This document shows positions 1-8,734 of a stretch of 64,000 nucleotides of DNA, one piece after another (within the stretch, counting starts at the first letter, position 1; each line of letters opens with the position of its first letter). The notes below the pieces were generated by a model that did not search any database, was not told where the DNA came from, and saw nothing but the letters and a program-made list of their open reading frames with translations. The stretch lies in NCBI GenBank assembly GCA_965649265.1, contig CBFGKC010000001.1:296911-360910 (forward strand), in the 5' to 3' direction. A program made the translations under genes and the position numbers. The DNA comes from a candidate division WOR-3 bacterium (GTDB lineage Bacteria; Hydrothermota; Tepidihabitantia; B3-TA06).

Positions 1-14
1 TTCAGTTTGTCAAG

Positions 15-1355
15 TCACTTTGCCCATTTCTTGCACAAATCGGGGCAAAAGAACCGCATCGCCTCCCAGGTGGCAGGGCCGCAGATGGCCTCGCCCTTTT
101 CTTCCGAAAGCCCGGCAAGAACTTTCTTTTCCCTTGGAGTCCAGAGTTCATCGTTCTTCCAGTCGTTCGGATCGGTTGTATAGAGCCTGCGATAGTAGTG
201 CTTGGTGCTGTCCTTGTCGTTGAGGTTTTTGATCGCATGGTCCTGAAAGTACCTTAAGAGCCGGTGAACGGTGTCGTAGTCAAAGACGCCCCACTTTGGT
301 TCGGGGTCGGGACCTCCGCGCCAACCCCACAGTATGCGCTGCATCTTCTCGACCCAGCCGGGGGTGTTGCGCCATAGCGAGCTGAAAGTTTTTGTGTCGC
401 GGGAAGCGAAATGAAGCTCCGGCGTCTCGAGCCTTGTTTCGCGCACTATAGCCATCCTGCGCTGGCACTTGAGGAAGTCCACGCCCGGCCACACGGTCAC
501 AGGGATATTGGTCAGATACCCTGAAGGTCCGCCGTGCATGTATGCCGTGAGCATGAAAAGGCTGTAACGGTCGGAGGACCCGCCCTGGATGTTGATGCAG
601 CCGGTTGAACCTCCGCCGACTATCGAAGCGTTGCCTTGATGGAGGTTTGTGTATTCGAGGTTTTCGTAGACATTATTTTCGTTGTACCCACGTTGCTCTG
701 CTGGTTTTCTCCAACCGTAGGTTTCCCTATTTGGTAAATTGGGATCACTACTCTTAATTGTACATGGAACAAGTGCATGATATTCAGATTTATGCATTCC
801 TCTCTTATAGATATGCTGGCCAAAGCCTATTTGCGCGGTGCCTTCTTCGTGACCGGAGTCAGAGCCGGGGTTGACGGTTGCAGGAAAGACGTGCACGTGG
901 TCGCCTGGCGTAAGAAAGTTTTTCTCCCATTTTTTAATCACCTCGTCGGTAACCCCGAGCGCAGGGTCTGCAATCACCGGTCCGGCAAGGGTCATGTCCT
1001 TGAGCCCTTCCCTTTCCGCAAAGCCTTCTACCCCTTTTTCATACTCTTTTGAGAGGTCGTAAGGCATTCTGTAGCGCAGGATAACGGCGTCGTCGAACTG
1101 GCCGAACTTGTTCTCTACGAGCTTTAAATTGGCGGTTCCGTTCTGGAGATAGCCTTCGGCATCTGCTGCTCTTACGCCTTGAAGCGCAAGGATGTTGATA
1201 TAATAATTGTCGGTCGAATAGTACGCTCCGATGTAGTTCATGAAGCCGTCAAAATAGTTCGCGGTTACTGTGCCCTCGTAGCCGAACCACAGGCCGTATA
1301 CGCTGGGATCGAGCTGGTTGTCGCCCAGGATGTTCTTGTCATTATTTTCTGCCAT
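15..1355 (-). CDS. YkuD-like (L,D-transpeptidase-fold) protein with C-terminal peptidoglycan-binding-like domain, no signal peptide
   Basis: ORF 15..1589 trimmed to the ATG at 1355, because the upstream part overlaps gene 1462..2241. The motif NLHQGNASIVGGGSTGCINI has the His...S/T-x-G-C spacing of the YkuD active site. The C-terminus (TVHRLLRYFQ...GEAICGPATWEAM) is PG_binding_1-like. It is similar block by block to 51026..52720. Confidence 0.5.
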   Translation of the reverse strand: MAENNDKNILGDNQLDPSVYGLWFGYEGTVTANYFDGFMNYIGAYYSTDNYYINILALQGVRAADAEGYLQNGTANLKLVENKFGQFDDAVILRYRMPYDLSKEYEKGVEGFAEREGLKDMTLAGPVIADPALGVTDEVIKKWEKNFLTPGDHVHVFPATVNPGSDSGHEEGTAQIGFGQHIYKRGMHKSEYHALVPCTIKSSDPNLPNRETYGWRKPAEQRGYNENNVYENLEYTNLHQGNASIVGGGSTGCINIQGGSSDRYSLFMLTAYMHGGPSGYLTNIPVTVWPGVDFLKCQRRMAIVRETRLETPELHFASRDTKTFSSLWRNTPGWVEKMQRILWGWRGGPDPEPKWGVFDYDTVHRLLRYFQDHAIKNLNDKDSTKHYYRRLYTTDPNDWKNDELWTPREKKVLAGLSEEKGEAICGPATWEAMRFFCPDLCKKWAK

Positions 1356-1461
1356 GAGGAGATTATCCGCGGATTCCTGACGCGAACCATAGAAACGGGA
1401 CTGACCATTATTTAGTATAATTCTGTGTGAATGTGCAGGATTAGCTCGGGGTAAATGCGGG

Positions 1462-2241
1462 TTAATCTTCGCTGGAGCGGTAGCGAACCCGGTCCCTTGA
1501 TATCGGGTATCTTGACCAGTCGGGATGGGGCTCGTCCATCCACACCCAATGTGCTTCGAGCCAGCGCCACCAGTCCGATGATGGTCCAAGAAACTGAAGT
1601 TTGGTCTCGCAAACGGCCGTTATGCGGTAAAGAACCTTCTTGCGCTCGAAAAAGACATAAGTGTAATACTGGAGCCAGAACTCGTTCTGGGCATAAATCA
1701 TATGCTTGTATTCGCAGAAGACCTTTGCCCGGCGGCCCCTGAAAGTGGCATCGAATGAAGTATCCCAATGGGGGTTGCGACAGGGTTGGAACCAGTACTC
1801 TAGGGGTTGTTTAACGGGCTTACCGGAAGTATCCGAAGTCAGCCGATACCAGAGAATTTCAATATACCCATCAGGCATGAATTCCCCGGAAGGTACGTAA
1901 TCAACCCTATATGAAATTTGGCCCCTCATCGAATCACCCGCGATATCGGAAGGCACAATAAATGGCGCTACATCGAAGTAGTTGTTGATATCCATGTCTA
2001 TGGGATGTACAAGTGGCAATGTGTCCGAGTCCTTAATCCAGAAGGATCTTGAATGCATAAACTCGCGGAGTTTCTCATAGTCTGGCCAAAGCTGTAAATC
2101 CTTCTCCGAGAACTCAGGCAGAATCTTTCTTCTGATCGTGGAGCCTTCCTTGGGAGTGTTCATGTTCTGAGCGGCTTCCTTCTTGCATCCGGCAGTAAGA
2201 ACGACCAGAATCACAACTATACATTTGATTACTTTCCCCAT
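1462..2241 (-). CDS. hypothetical lipoprotein
   Basis: N-terminus MGKVIKCIVVILVVLTAGC is a signal peptide plus lipobox. The ATG at 2241 lies 7 nt downstream of a TATAAT box. The longer TTG start at 2259 would fall inside the promoter. Confidence 0.6.
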   Translation of the reverse strand: MGKVIKCIVVILVVLTAGCKKEAAQNMNTPKEGSTIRRKILPEFSEKDLQLWPDYEKLREFMHSRSFWIKDSDTLPLVHPIDMDINNYFDVAPFIVPSDIAGDSMRGQISYRVDYVPSGEFMPDGYIEILWYRLTSDTSGKPVKQPLEYWFQPCRNPHWDTSFDATFRGRRAKVFCEYKHMIYAQNEFWLQYYTYVFFERKKVLYRITAVCETKLQFLGPSSDWWRWLEAHWVWMDEPHPDWSRYPISRDRVRYRSSED

Positions 2242-2248
2242 AAGGGAG

Positions 2249-2275
2249 ATTATAAACAATTTTCGCTTTTGTCAA
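2249..2275 (-). promoter_or_regulatory. sigma70-like promoter TTGACA-N15-TATAAT, 7 nt before the ATG at 2241 (leaderless)
   Basis: Minus strand reads cTTGACAaaagcgaaaattgttTATAATctcccttATG. Confidence 0.5.
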
Positions 2276-2330
2276 GAGCGGGCGGGCGGCTTGCTCGTGA
2301 AGCGACAGGGCGTCGTCCAAATCCTTACCA

Positions 2331-2358
2331 TTGACTTGACCCCACAGGGCGTTATACT
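2331..2358 (+). promoter_or_regulatory. sigma70-like promoter of metK (TTGACT-N16-TATACT)
   Basis: Plus strand reads ccaTTGACTtgaccccacagggcgtTATACT, about 50 nt upstream of the metK start. Confidence 0.55.
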
Positions 2359-2408
2359 CCCAAAAATTTTTTTAAAAAAACACGACCCTCTATGAAAGGA
2401 GGTAGTAA

Positions 2409-3572
2409 TTGGAGAAGATACTCCTTACTTCTGAGTCGGTGACCGAAGGGCACCCCGACAAGGTTTGCGATCAGATTTCAGATTCCGTGCTCGACGCAGT
2501 TCTTGCGGAAGACCCCAAGGGACGCGTCGCGTGCGAGACTTTCATCACGGTCGGCCTCGTCATCGTGGGCGGCGAAATTACCACCACCTGCTATGTTGAT
2601 CTTGCGCCGATGGTGCGCGATCTTTTAGCCGACATAGGCTACACCAATCACAAGTACGGCTTCGACGGCGCTACCTGCGCGATCCTCAATGCAATCGGCC
2701 GCCAGTCGCCCGACATAGCCCAGGGTGTCGATGTGGGCGGCGCAGGCGACCAGGGTCTCATGATAGGCTACGCCTGCAAGGAGACGCCGGAGCTCATGCC
2801 TCTTCCCATCATGCTCTCGCACAAGCTTACCCGCCGTCTTGCAGAGGTCCGCAAGCAAGGCATCCTCGCTTACCTGGGCCCGGACGGCAAGTCGCAGGTC
2901 ACGGTCGAATACGTCGACGGCAAGCCGAGCCGCATCGTGAACGTGGTCATCAGTTCCCAGCACACCGAGGAGATTCTCGACTCGTCCGGCCATCACATCA
3001 CACAGGAAGCGCGCCATGAGATAATCGAACACGTGGCCAAGCCCGTGCTTCCCAAGGAGATGATCGACGAGAACATTCGTTTCTACGTGAACCCGACAGG
3101 CAAATTCGTGATAGGCGGTCCGCAGTCCGACACCGGCATGACCGGCCGCAAGATAATCGTGGACACCTACGGCGGCCTGGCCGCGCACGGCGGCGGAGCG
3201 TTCTCGGGCAAGGATCCCTCGAAGGTCGACCGCTCGGCCACATACTTCGCCCGCTACATCGCGAAGAACGTCGTGGCAGCCGACCTTGCCGATCGCATCC
3301 AGGTCAACCTCGCGTACGTGATAGGCGAGCCCGACCCCGCGGCTGTATCCATCGAGACTCACGGTACGTCCAAGATAGACGAAGCCAAGCTCCTCGAGAT
3401 AATCAAGGCCGAGTTCGACTTCCGGCCGCGCGCGATAATCGAGAGGCTCAACCTCCTGAGACCAATATACCGCAAGACCGCATCGTACGGTCATTTCGGC
3501 CGCACCGAGGAAGAGTTCACATGGGAGCGCCTGGACGCGGTGGATTCACTCCGCAAACGCGCCGGCGTCTGA
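2409..3572 (+). CDS. metK: S-adenosylmethionine synthetase
   Basis: TTG start preceded by aaGGAGGtagtaa. N-terminus [17 protein letters not shown], plus [16 protein letters not shown] and other MetK signatures over the full length. Confidence 0.97.
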   Translation: MEKILLTSESVTEGHPDKVCDQISDSVLDAVLAEDPKGRVACETFITVGLVIVGGEITTTCYVDLAPMVRDLLADIGYTNHKYGFDGATCAILNAIGRQSPDIAQGVDVGGAGDQGLMIGYACKETPELMPLPIMLSHKLTRRLAEVRKQGILAYLGPDGKSQVTVEYVDGKPSRIVNVVISSQHTEEILDSSGHHITQEARHEIIEHVAKPVLPKEMIDENIRFYVNPTGKFVIGGPQSDTGMTGRKIIVDTYGGLAAHGGGAFSGKDPSKVDRSATYFARYIAKNVVAADLADRIQVNLAYVIGEPDPAAVSIETHGTSKIDEAKLLEIIKAEFDFRPRAIIERLNLLRPIYRKTASYGHFGRTEEEFTWERLDAVDSLRKRAGV

Positions 3573-3583
3573 AAAGGAGATTC

Positions 3584-4840
3584 ATGCAATACGACGTTAA
3601 AGATTTAAAGCTTGCCGCTCAGGGCAAACTCAAGATTGAATGGGCAGGACGATTCATGCCCGTGCTCAAATTGATCCGCGAACGCTTCGAGAAGGAAAAG
3701 CCCCTCAAGGGCAAGCGGCTTGCCGCGTGCCTTCACGTCACCACCGAGACCGCCAACCTCATGCTGGTCCTCAAGGCGGGCGGCGCCCAGATACGCCTGT
3801 GCGCCTCGAACCCCCTCTCCACCCAGGACGACACCGCGGCCTCGCTCGTCAAGGACTACGGCATAGAGACCTTTGCCATCCGCGGGGTCAACAATAAGGA
3901 CTACTACAAGCACATCAACGCCGCACTCGACCTCAAGCCTCACCTGACCATGGACGACGGCGCCGACCTGGTATCCACCCTTCACTCCAAGCGCAAGGAA
4001 CTCCTCAAGAATATCGTTGGCGGAACTGAGGAGACGACCACGGGTGTCATTCGTCTTCGTGCTATGGCCAAGGAGGGGGCGCTCCAGTACCCCATCATCG
4101 CCGTGAACGACTCCGAGACCAAGTACCTCTTCGATAACCGCTACGGCACAGGCCAGTCCACGCTCGACGGCATCATCCGCGCGACCAACTTCCTCATCGC
4201 GGGTTCCACCGTCGTGGTCGCCGGCTACGGCTGGTGCGGCAAGGGCGTCGCCATGCGCGCAAAAGGCCTGGGCGCAAAGGTGATAGTCACCGAAGTCAAC
4301 CCGGTGCGCGCGCTAGAGGCCGAGATGGACGGTTTCCAGGTAATGCCGATGGTCGAGGCCGCTCCTTCGGGTGACCTCTTCGTCACGCTCACGGGCGACA
4401 TAGACGTAATCCACAAGGGCGTCTTTGCAAAAATGAAGGACGGCGCCATATTCGCGAACTCCGGCCATTTTGACGTCGAGATCAACAAGAAGGAACTCGA
4501 GGCGCTCACGACCAAGAAGCGCGAGGTTCGGCGCGAAGTCGTCGAGCACACCCTCAAGAACGGTCGCAAGGTCTACTTCCTTTCCGAGGGACGCCTCATC
4601 AACCTATCGGCCGCAGAAGGCCACCCGGCGATGGTCATGGACATGAGCTTTGCCAACCAGTCGCTCGGCTCGGAGTACATCCTCAAAAACGCCGCGAAGC
4701 TCGAGCGCAAGGTCTACTGCATTCCCGCAGAGATCGATCAGAAGATAGCGTCCATCAAACTTCGTTCCATGGGAGTCAAGATGGACAAGCTCACGCCTGC
4801 GCAGAAACACTACCTTGCCTCGTGGCAGGAAGGGACCTGA
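3584..4840 (+). CDS. ahcY: adenosylhomocysteinase
   Basis: ATG at 3584 after aaAGGAGattc. Contains the NAD-binding GYGWCGKG motif and [11 protein letters not shown], and is full-length AhcY-like. The N-terminal extension from 3521 overlaps metK and was rejected. Confidence 0.95.
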   Translation: MQYDVKDLKLAAQGKLKIEWAGRFMPVLKLIRERFEKEKPLKGKRLAACLHVTTETANLMLVLKAGGAQIRLCASNPLSTQDDTAASLVKDYGIETFAIRGVNNKDYYKHINAALDLKPHLTMDDGADLVSTLHSKRKELLKNIVGGTEETTTGVIRLRAMAKEGALQYPIIAVNDSETKYLFDNRYGTGQSTLDGIIRATNFLIAGSTVVVAGYGWCGKGVAMRAKGLGAKVIVTEVNPVRALEAEMDGFQVMPMVEAAPSGDLFVTLTGDIDVIHKGVFAKMKDGAIFANSGHFDVEINKKELEALTTKKREVRREVVEHTLKNGRKVYFLSEGRLINLSAAEGHPAMVMDMSFANQSLGSEYILKNAAKLERKVYCIPAEIDQKIASIKLRSMGVKMDKLTPAQKHYLASWQEGT

Positions 4841-4848
4841 GGGACCTC

Positions 4849-5271
4849 ATGTCCGCAGAACCCGTAAAAGCGGTGGTTCAAAAAGTGACGGGCCTTACCC
4901 TGGCGGGTAAGGCCCGTACCGGTCACTGGACTATGATGGACACCTCCCAGGACGTAGGGGGCAGCTCCGCGGCTTCCACGCCGATGGAACTCGTCCTCAT
5001 GGCGCTGGGCGGCTGCACCGGGATGGATGTGCTCTCCATCCTCGCTAAAATGAATCAACCCGTGGAGGACTACCGCATCGAACTCGAGGGCGAGCGTTCG
5101 GACGAACACCCCAAGGTTTACACCAAGATCCGCCTCGTCCACGTCGTCAAGGGCAAGGTCGATCCGGAAAGACTCGCGCACGCAATCGAACTCTCCGAGA
5201 CCAAGTACTGTTCGGTCTCCGCGATGCTCAAAAAAGCCGTCCAGATTGAGACGTCCTACAGAATAGAATAA
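4849..5271 (+). CDS. OsmC family (peroxiredoxin-like) protein
   Basis: Contains PMELVLMALGGCTGMDV and ETKYCSVSAML, the two conserved Cys regions of OsmC/YhfA-type proteins. Start chosen at the ATG at 4849, just after the ahcY stop. Confidence 0.8.
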   Translation: MSAEPVKAVVQKVTGLTLAGKARTGHWTMMDTSQDVGGSSAASTPMELVLMALGGCTGMDVLSILAKMNQPVEDYRIELEGERSDEHPKVYTKIRLVHVVKGKVDPERLAHAIELSETKYCSVSAMLKKAVQIETSYRIE

Positions 5272-5273
5272 AA

Positions 5274-5306
5274 CCCCCCAAAAACACAGAGTGTTTTTTT
5301 TGGGGG
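5274..5306. terminator. bidirectional intrinsic terminator hairpin
   Basis: ccccccaaaaacac-aga-gtgttttttttggggg forms a perfect stem with A/T runs on both sides, between convergent genes. Confidence 0.75.
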
Positions 5307-5572
5307 CCCCTCCCTCGCATCCCGCAGAACGGTCGCAAGGTTGTTTCCTTAGTTCGTCCCTCCGAGCTTCATGTCGCAGCCATTTAATGTTTTTCCGAAC
5401 TCCGTACCGTCCACTCCACGAAATCGTCACTTCGCAAGTGTTGCGGCTTCGAGTCGGAAATCCGGTCTATCGGGGTTGGCAGCCTGAGTAGAGATAGGAG
5501 TCATGGGTATGCAAAAAAAACGGGCCGGGTTTTCACCTCAAAGCCCAGGGCGCTCGCGCACTACAAATCCAG

Positions 5573-6271
5573 TCAGAGGATGGGGGGGAGTTCCTTATGG
5601 GTCGCTTTCACCGGGGTGCTGGCCTGATCGTGACTGTTGTTGTGATTATGATTGTTGTTGTGATTGTTGCGGACGCGGTTTATCTCCGTCCGGAAGAGTG
5701 AAAGGAACGTGCGCCAGATGATCTTTACATCGAGCCCGAAGGAGCGATTCTGGATGTAGAGCATGTTGAGCCGGAACTTTTCCGGTATTATCTCGTCGAT
5801 GTACTGCTCGTCGAACTTGTGGGGATCCATGTGGCTCTCGATGTCCACGTAATGGATCTGGGCAGGCCCTGTTATCCCCGGCTTCACGGAAAGAATAACC
5901 CTCTGCCCGGCCGTGTAATGCGATACGTACTGCGGATCCTCCGGCCTCGGACCTACGATGCTCATCTGACCCAGAAACACGTTGATGAACTGCGGAAGCT
6001 CGTCAAGCTTGAGTCTGCGAAGTATAGAGCCGATCTTCGTGATGCGCGGGTCGTTGCGGTAAGTCAGCTTGGGCCCGCACTTGTCGGCGCCGTTGATCAT
6101 CGTTCTGAATTTGAAAATCTTGAAAGGTCTGCCGTCCTTGCCCACCCTGATGCCCCGGTAAAAGACGGAACCATTTGAATCGGTCTTGATTGCAAGTGCT
6201 ACAAACGGGGTAATAAGCGCAACGAGTAAAAGGCCGAGGAACGAAAGAAAGATGTCAATCACTCGTTTCAT
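5573..6271 (-). CDS. undecaprenyl-phosphate sugar phosphotransferase (bacterial sugar transferase family, PglC/WbaP C-terminal type)
   Basis: One N-terminal membrane helix, then FKFRTM, RITKIGSILRRLKLDELPQFINVFLGQMSIVGPRP. Unusual His/Asn-rich C-terminal tail. Confidence 0.9.
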   Translation of the reverse strand: MKRVIDIFLSFLGLLLVALITPFVALAIKTDSNGSVFYRGIRVGKDGRPFKIFKFRTMINGADKCGPKLTYRNDPRITKIGSILRRLKLDELPQFINVFLGQMSIVGPRPEDPQYVSHYTAGQRVILSVKPGITGPAQIHYVDIESHMDPHKFDEQYIDEIIPEKFRLNMLYIQNRSFGLDVKIIWRTFLSLFRTEINRVRNNHNNNHNHNNSHDQASTPVKATHKELPPIL

Positions 6272-6460
6272 CGGTCTCCAATTCGGGTTCCGGGCTCCAG
6301 AATATTGCCAACCCTGGGTGGCTTCTCTTCCATGCTCCAGATTATATCAAACTGGGATGACAAGTCAATCGGTTATCACATCGACGGACGAAAAACGCAT
6401 ACTTTTTTGTTTTTATAACAAAATCAGATTGCCTGCAATCGTTCTGTTTTATGAAATAAG

Positions 6461-6488
6461 TTGACAGGCGATTGAGTACGAATATCAT
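6461..6488 (+). promoter_or_regulatory. sigma70-like promoter TTGACA-N16-TATCAT
   Basis: Plus strand reads TTGACAggcgattgagtacgaaTATCATtgcgccATG. The ATG at 6495 is 6 nt after the -10 box. Confidence 0.55.
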
Positions 6489-6494
6489 TGCGCC

Positions 6495-6734
6495 ATGCAG
6501 CAAAAAAAACACCCCATAAGAACGCAGGGCGTTCTTATGGGGACCCCGGACCTCTCACCCCACGAAACCACCTCGCGCTTTCGTGAGGACCCCGAATTTT
6601 ACCTCAAAGGACTGCTTCGTACACCTTTACAGATCACAACCATTATCCTCAAACGTCCACTCCGCATTGTATACGATCTGGATAACCGTCGTCATTTCTT
6701 GTCCACCTTGAGAGTCGGTGGTGAGAGAATCTGA
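6495..6734 (+). CDS. possible leaderless upstream ORF (79 aa) or structured 5' leader of the GT2 gene
   Basis: The ATG lies 6 nt after the -10 box, the same geometry as other leaderless genes here. The region also contains strong hairpins (6512..6542 and 6571..6588). The ORF end overlaps the GT2 start by 17 nt. No recognisable protein family. Confidence 0.25.
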   Translation: MQQKKHPIRTQGVLMGTPDLSPHETTSRFREDPEFYLKGLLRTPLQITTIILKRPLRIVYDLDNRRHFLSTLRVGGERI

Positions 6735-7599
6735 GATCAGGGGTCCCCAAAAAGGGACAGAGTACCTTTTTGAGGCATTGGATATCCTCATTATTACGTG
6801 GAACTGTTCAGCCGATCTCAAACGATGCCTTGAGTCCATAAAGAAGTTTCCGCCGTCCGAGTCTTATGTCGTGACCCTCGTGGACAACGGTTCGACGGAC
6901 GACACCCTCGAGATGGTCCGGCGCGACTTCCCAGAGGTCAGGCTCATCCTCAATTCCGTCAATCGCGGTGTGGCGCCCGCACGAAACCAGGGGCTGGCAG
7001 TCACTCAATCGGAGTTCGTCATGCTCCTCGACGCCGACACGGAGATACTCGAAGGCTCGCTCGACGTCCTCCTCTCCGGAATGCGCAGCCATCCCCGTGC
7101 CGGTATTGTGGGTGCGCAGCTCCTCTATTCAGACATGACAATTCAGCCCAGCTGCAAAAGGTTGCCCGATAGAATCGCGCCCGTTTTCAACCGCCTGACA
7201 CGCCTGCCCGGTATCAAGCAAACGCGTTCGTGGCGCAATCACATGATGGCCGACTGGGATCACGGACGTGAACGAGTAGTCGATTACGTCATAGGCGCGA
7301 ACCAGCTCATCCGGACTGCCGCCTTGCGCGAGATCGGGCTTCTTGACGAACGGATATTCTACGGCCCGGAGGACATAGACTTCTGTCTGCGAATGTGGCT
7401 CGGGGGATGGCAGGTCTGGTACATTCCCCAGGCTAAGATAATCCACCACTGCGCCCGTCTCACCAAGCGCAATCCCTTCTCCCGGCTCGCCCTTCTCCAT
7501 TTCAAGGGGCTTGCCTACTTCTTCCGCAAGCACCGGCCCGAGGAGAGAGCGAGGATTCGCAGGCTTGTCTCAGTACTATCCGGCGAAACGGGCCTTTGA
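6718..7599 (+). CDS. glycosyltransferase family 2
   Basis: DILIITWNC...LVDNGSTDDT...LLDADT...GPEDIDFCLR are GT-A/GT2 signatures. GTG start without a clear SD. Confidence 0.85.
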   Translation: MVRESEIRGPQKGTEYLFEALDILIITWNCSADLKRCLESIKKFPPSESYVVTLVDNGSTDDTLEMVRRDFPEVRLILNSVNRGVAPARNQGLAVTQSEFVMLLDADTEILEGSLDVLLSGMRSHPRAGIVGAQLLYSDMTIQPSCKRLPDRIAPVFNRLTRLPGIKQTRSWRNHMMADWDHGRERVVDYVIGANQLIRTAALREIGLLDERIFYGPEDIDFCLRMWLGGWQVWYIPQAKIIHHCARLTKRNPFSRLALLHFKGLAYFFRKHRPEERARIRRLVSVLSGETGL

Positions 7600-7882
7600 G
7601 CCTGAAAAGAGACCTCCCCCCCTCCCTTCACATTTTATTTGTTGACTTTATGGACAGATTATTTGACTCGTAGAGTTAAATAATCTTCATCGGGATTCAG
7701 TTTGTGAAAAGCATCCCGGAAGTTCTGAGCAATCGAAACCACCCTTTACAGGACGTTATTTGACCTTGACATGATGCTGCATCTTTCAAGAGATCATGAG
7801 CTTACGACCCGGGGTGACAAAGCAATACTACTCTCATTATAGAAAAGGGTCACCCCCTCCACACGGGGGGGGGGAGCAAGTT

Positions 7883-8647
7883 CTACTTGGACGGGGGCTG
7901 CCAGCTGTGTACGATGGTTAGGGTGTCGGATGGATAGGACAGGATGGAGTCCCTGAAGGCATAGATCATGTAGTAACGGGTATCGCCGTCGCGCTGGCAG
8001 TTGAACTTGTAGTAAGCTGAATCAAGGGCTGCCGGCTCCACTCCGCCGTCTCCCGAAGGGTCCCAGTTGCGGCCGGTGCCGTCGAAATTATCCATGTAAG
8101 TTACGAATTCAAGGCTTGCCGGAGCATACAGGAGATAGTAGAGATGACTGGAGGTGTCGGGCGGTATCCAAAAAAGTTCCACCGTATCCTTTAAGAGGGG
8201 GGACCTGTTTCGCAGACTGTCGGGGGCCTGGGGACGAGGGTCGTCAAGCCCGCTTTCAGGCGTCACCTCGAGCGTGTCCGAGTAACCCTCGGCTTCAGGG
8301 TTCGTGAAGATGGCGAATATGGCGTGAACAATGTACTTATAAGTCTTTCCATTCTCAGCAGTTGTGTCCGTCCATGACCACGTTGCCCTGAGAGGATTTA
8401 TCGGTCCAAACTGGTCAATCTCCTCGAAATCGCCGTCTCCTTCGGCTCGCAGCAGCTTGAAATGCCCGAGCATGCCTCCGTATGTTAAAAGCACGTCGTT
8501 CGTTAACCAGAACTGCACCGTTACTCTCGAATCGCCGGGAAGGGCTTTTGTCCAGAGAAAGGGCTCAACCTGAGGGGTCGTGCACGATGTGTAAACAAGG
8601 GATAAAACCACAAGCATTAACGCCGAGCATCGCACTAAAATCTTCAT
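7883..8647 (-). CDS. hypothetical lipoprotein
   Basis: MKILVRCSALMLVVLSLVYTSC is a signal peptide plus lipobox. The ATG at 8647 is 7 nt after a TATTCT -10 box. The longer ORF to 8755 was rejected. Confidence 0.6.
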   Translation of the reverse strand: MKILVRCSALMLVVLSLVYTSCTTPQVEPFLWTKALPGDSRVTVQFWLTNDVLLTYGGMLGHFKLLRAEGDGDFEEIDQFGPINPLRATWSWTDTTAENGKTYKYIVHAIFAIFTNPEAEGYSDTLEVTPESGLDDPRPQAPDSLRNRSPLLKDTVELFWIPPDTSSHLYYLLYAPASLEFVTYMDNFDGTGRNWDPSGDGGVEPAALDSAYYKFNCQRDGDTRYYMIYAFRDSILSYPSDTLTIVHSWQPPSK

Positions 8648-8654
8648 AATATCC

Positions 8655-8682
8655 AGAATACTCATGAAACGCAAAAGGTCAA
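8655..8682 (-). promoter_or_regulatory. sigma70-like promoter TTGACC-N16-TATTCT, 7 nt before the ATG at 8647 (leaderless)
   Basis: Minus strand reads cTTGACCttttgcgtttcatgagTATTCTggatattATG. Confidence 0.5.
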
Positions 8683-8706
8683 GTTTTTCCTTCAATAATA
8701 ACCCTC

Positions 8707-8734
8707 TTGACAAGAGGGGAAAGAACTCTATACT
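8707..8734 (+). promoter_or_regulatory. sigma70-like promoter TTGACA-N16-TATACT upstream of the outer-membrane trio operon
   Basis: Plus strand reads cTTGACAagaggggaaagaactcTATACT, about 250 nt upstream of 8988. Confidence 0.5.

Noticed and set aside
2359-2408. Looked for a SAM riboswitch in front of metK.
   Set aside because: Only about 50 nt lie between the -10 box and the TTG start. That stretch is mostly A/T runs with no SAM-I/II-like helices, and it is too short.
2625-3494. 289-aa ORF antisense to metK. Similar long antisense ORFs occur at 3605..3985, 4225..4569, 10695..11270, 24095..25114, 43339..44193 and 47416..48075.
   Set aside because: These lie entirely inside confidently identified genes on the other strand. 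Their composition is Arg/Ala/Gly/Val-rich, typical of shadow frames in GC-rich DNA, and they carry no motifs.
5503-5721. 72-aa ORF with a striking Cys-rich stretch (CCCDYDCCCDCC).
   Set aside because: It is the antisense reading of the His/Asn-codon repeat at the 3' end of the sugar transferase. It has no start context, so it is an artefact of the repeat.
7600-7882. 280-bp AT-rich convergent spacer with weak TTGAC-like boxes and a long-loop hairpin (ggggtgac...gtcacccc). Considered as a small RNA or small ORF.
   Set aside because: There is no convincing promoter-terminator pair and no ORF with start context. Only the flanking C-tract motifs are supportable.
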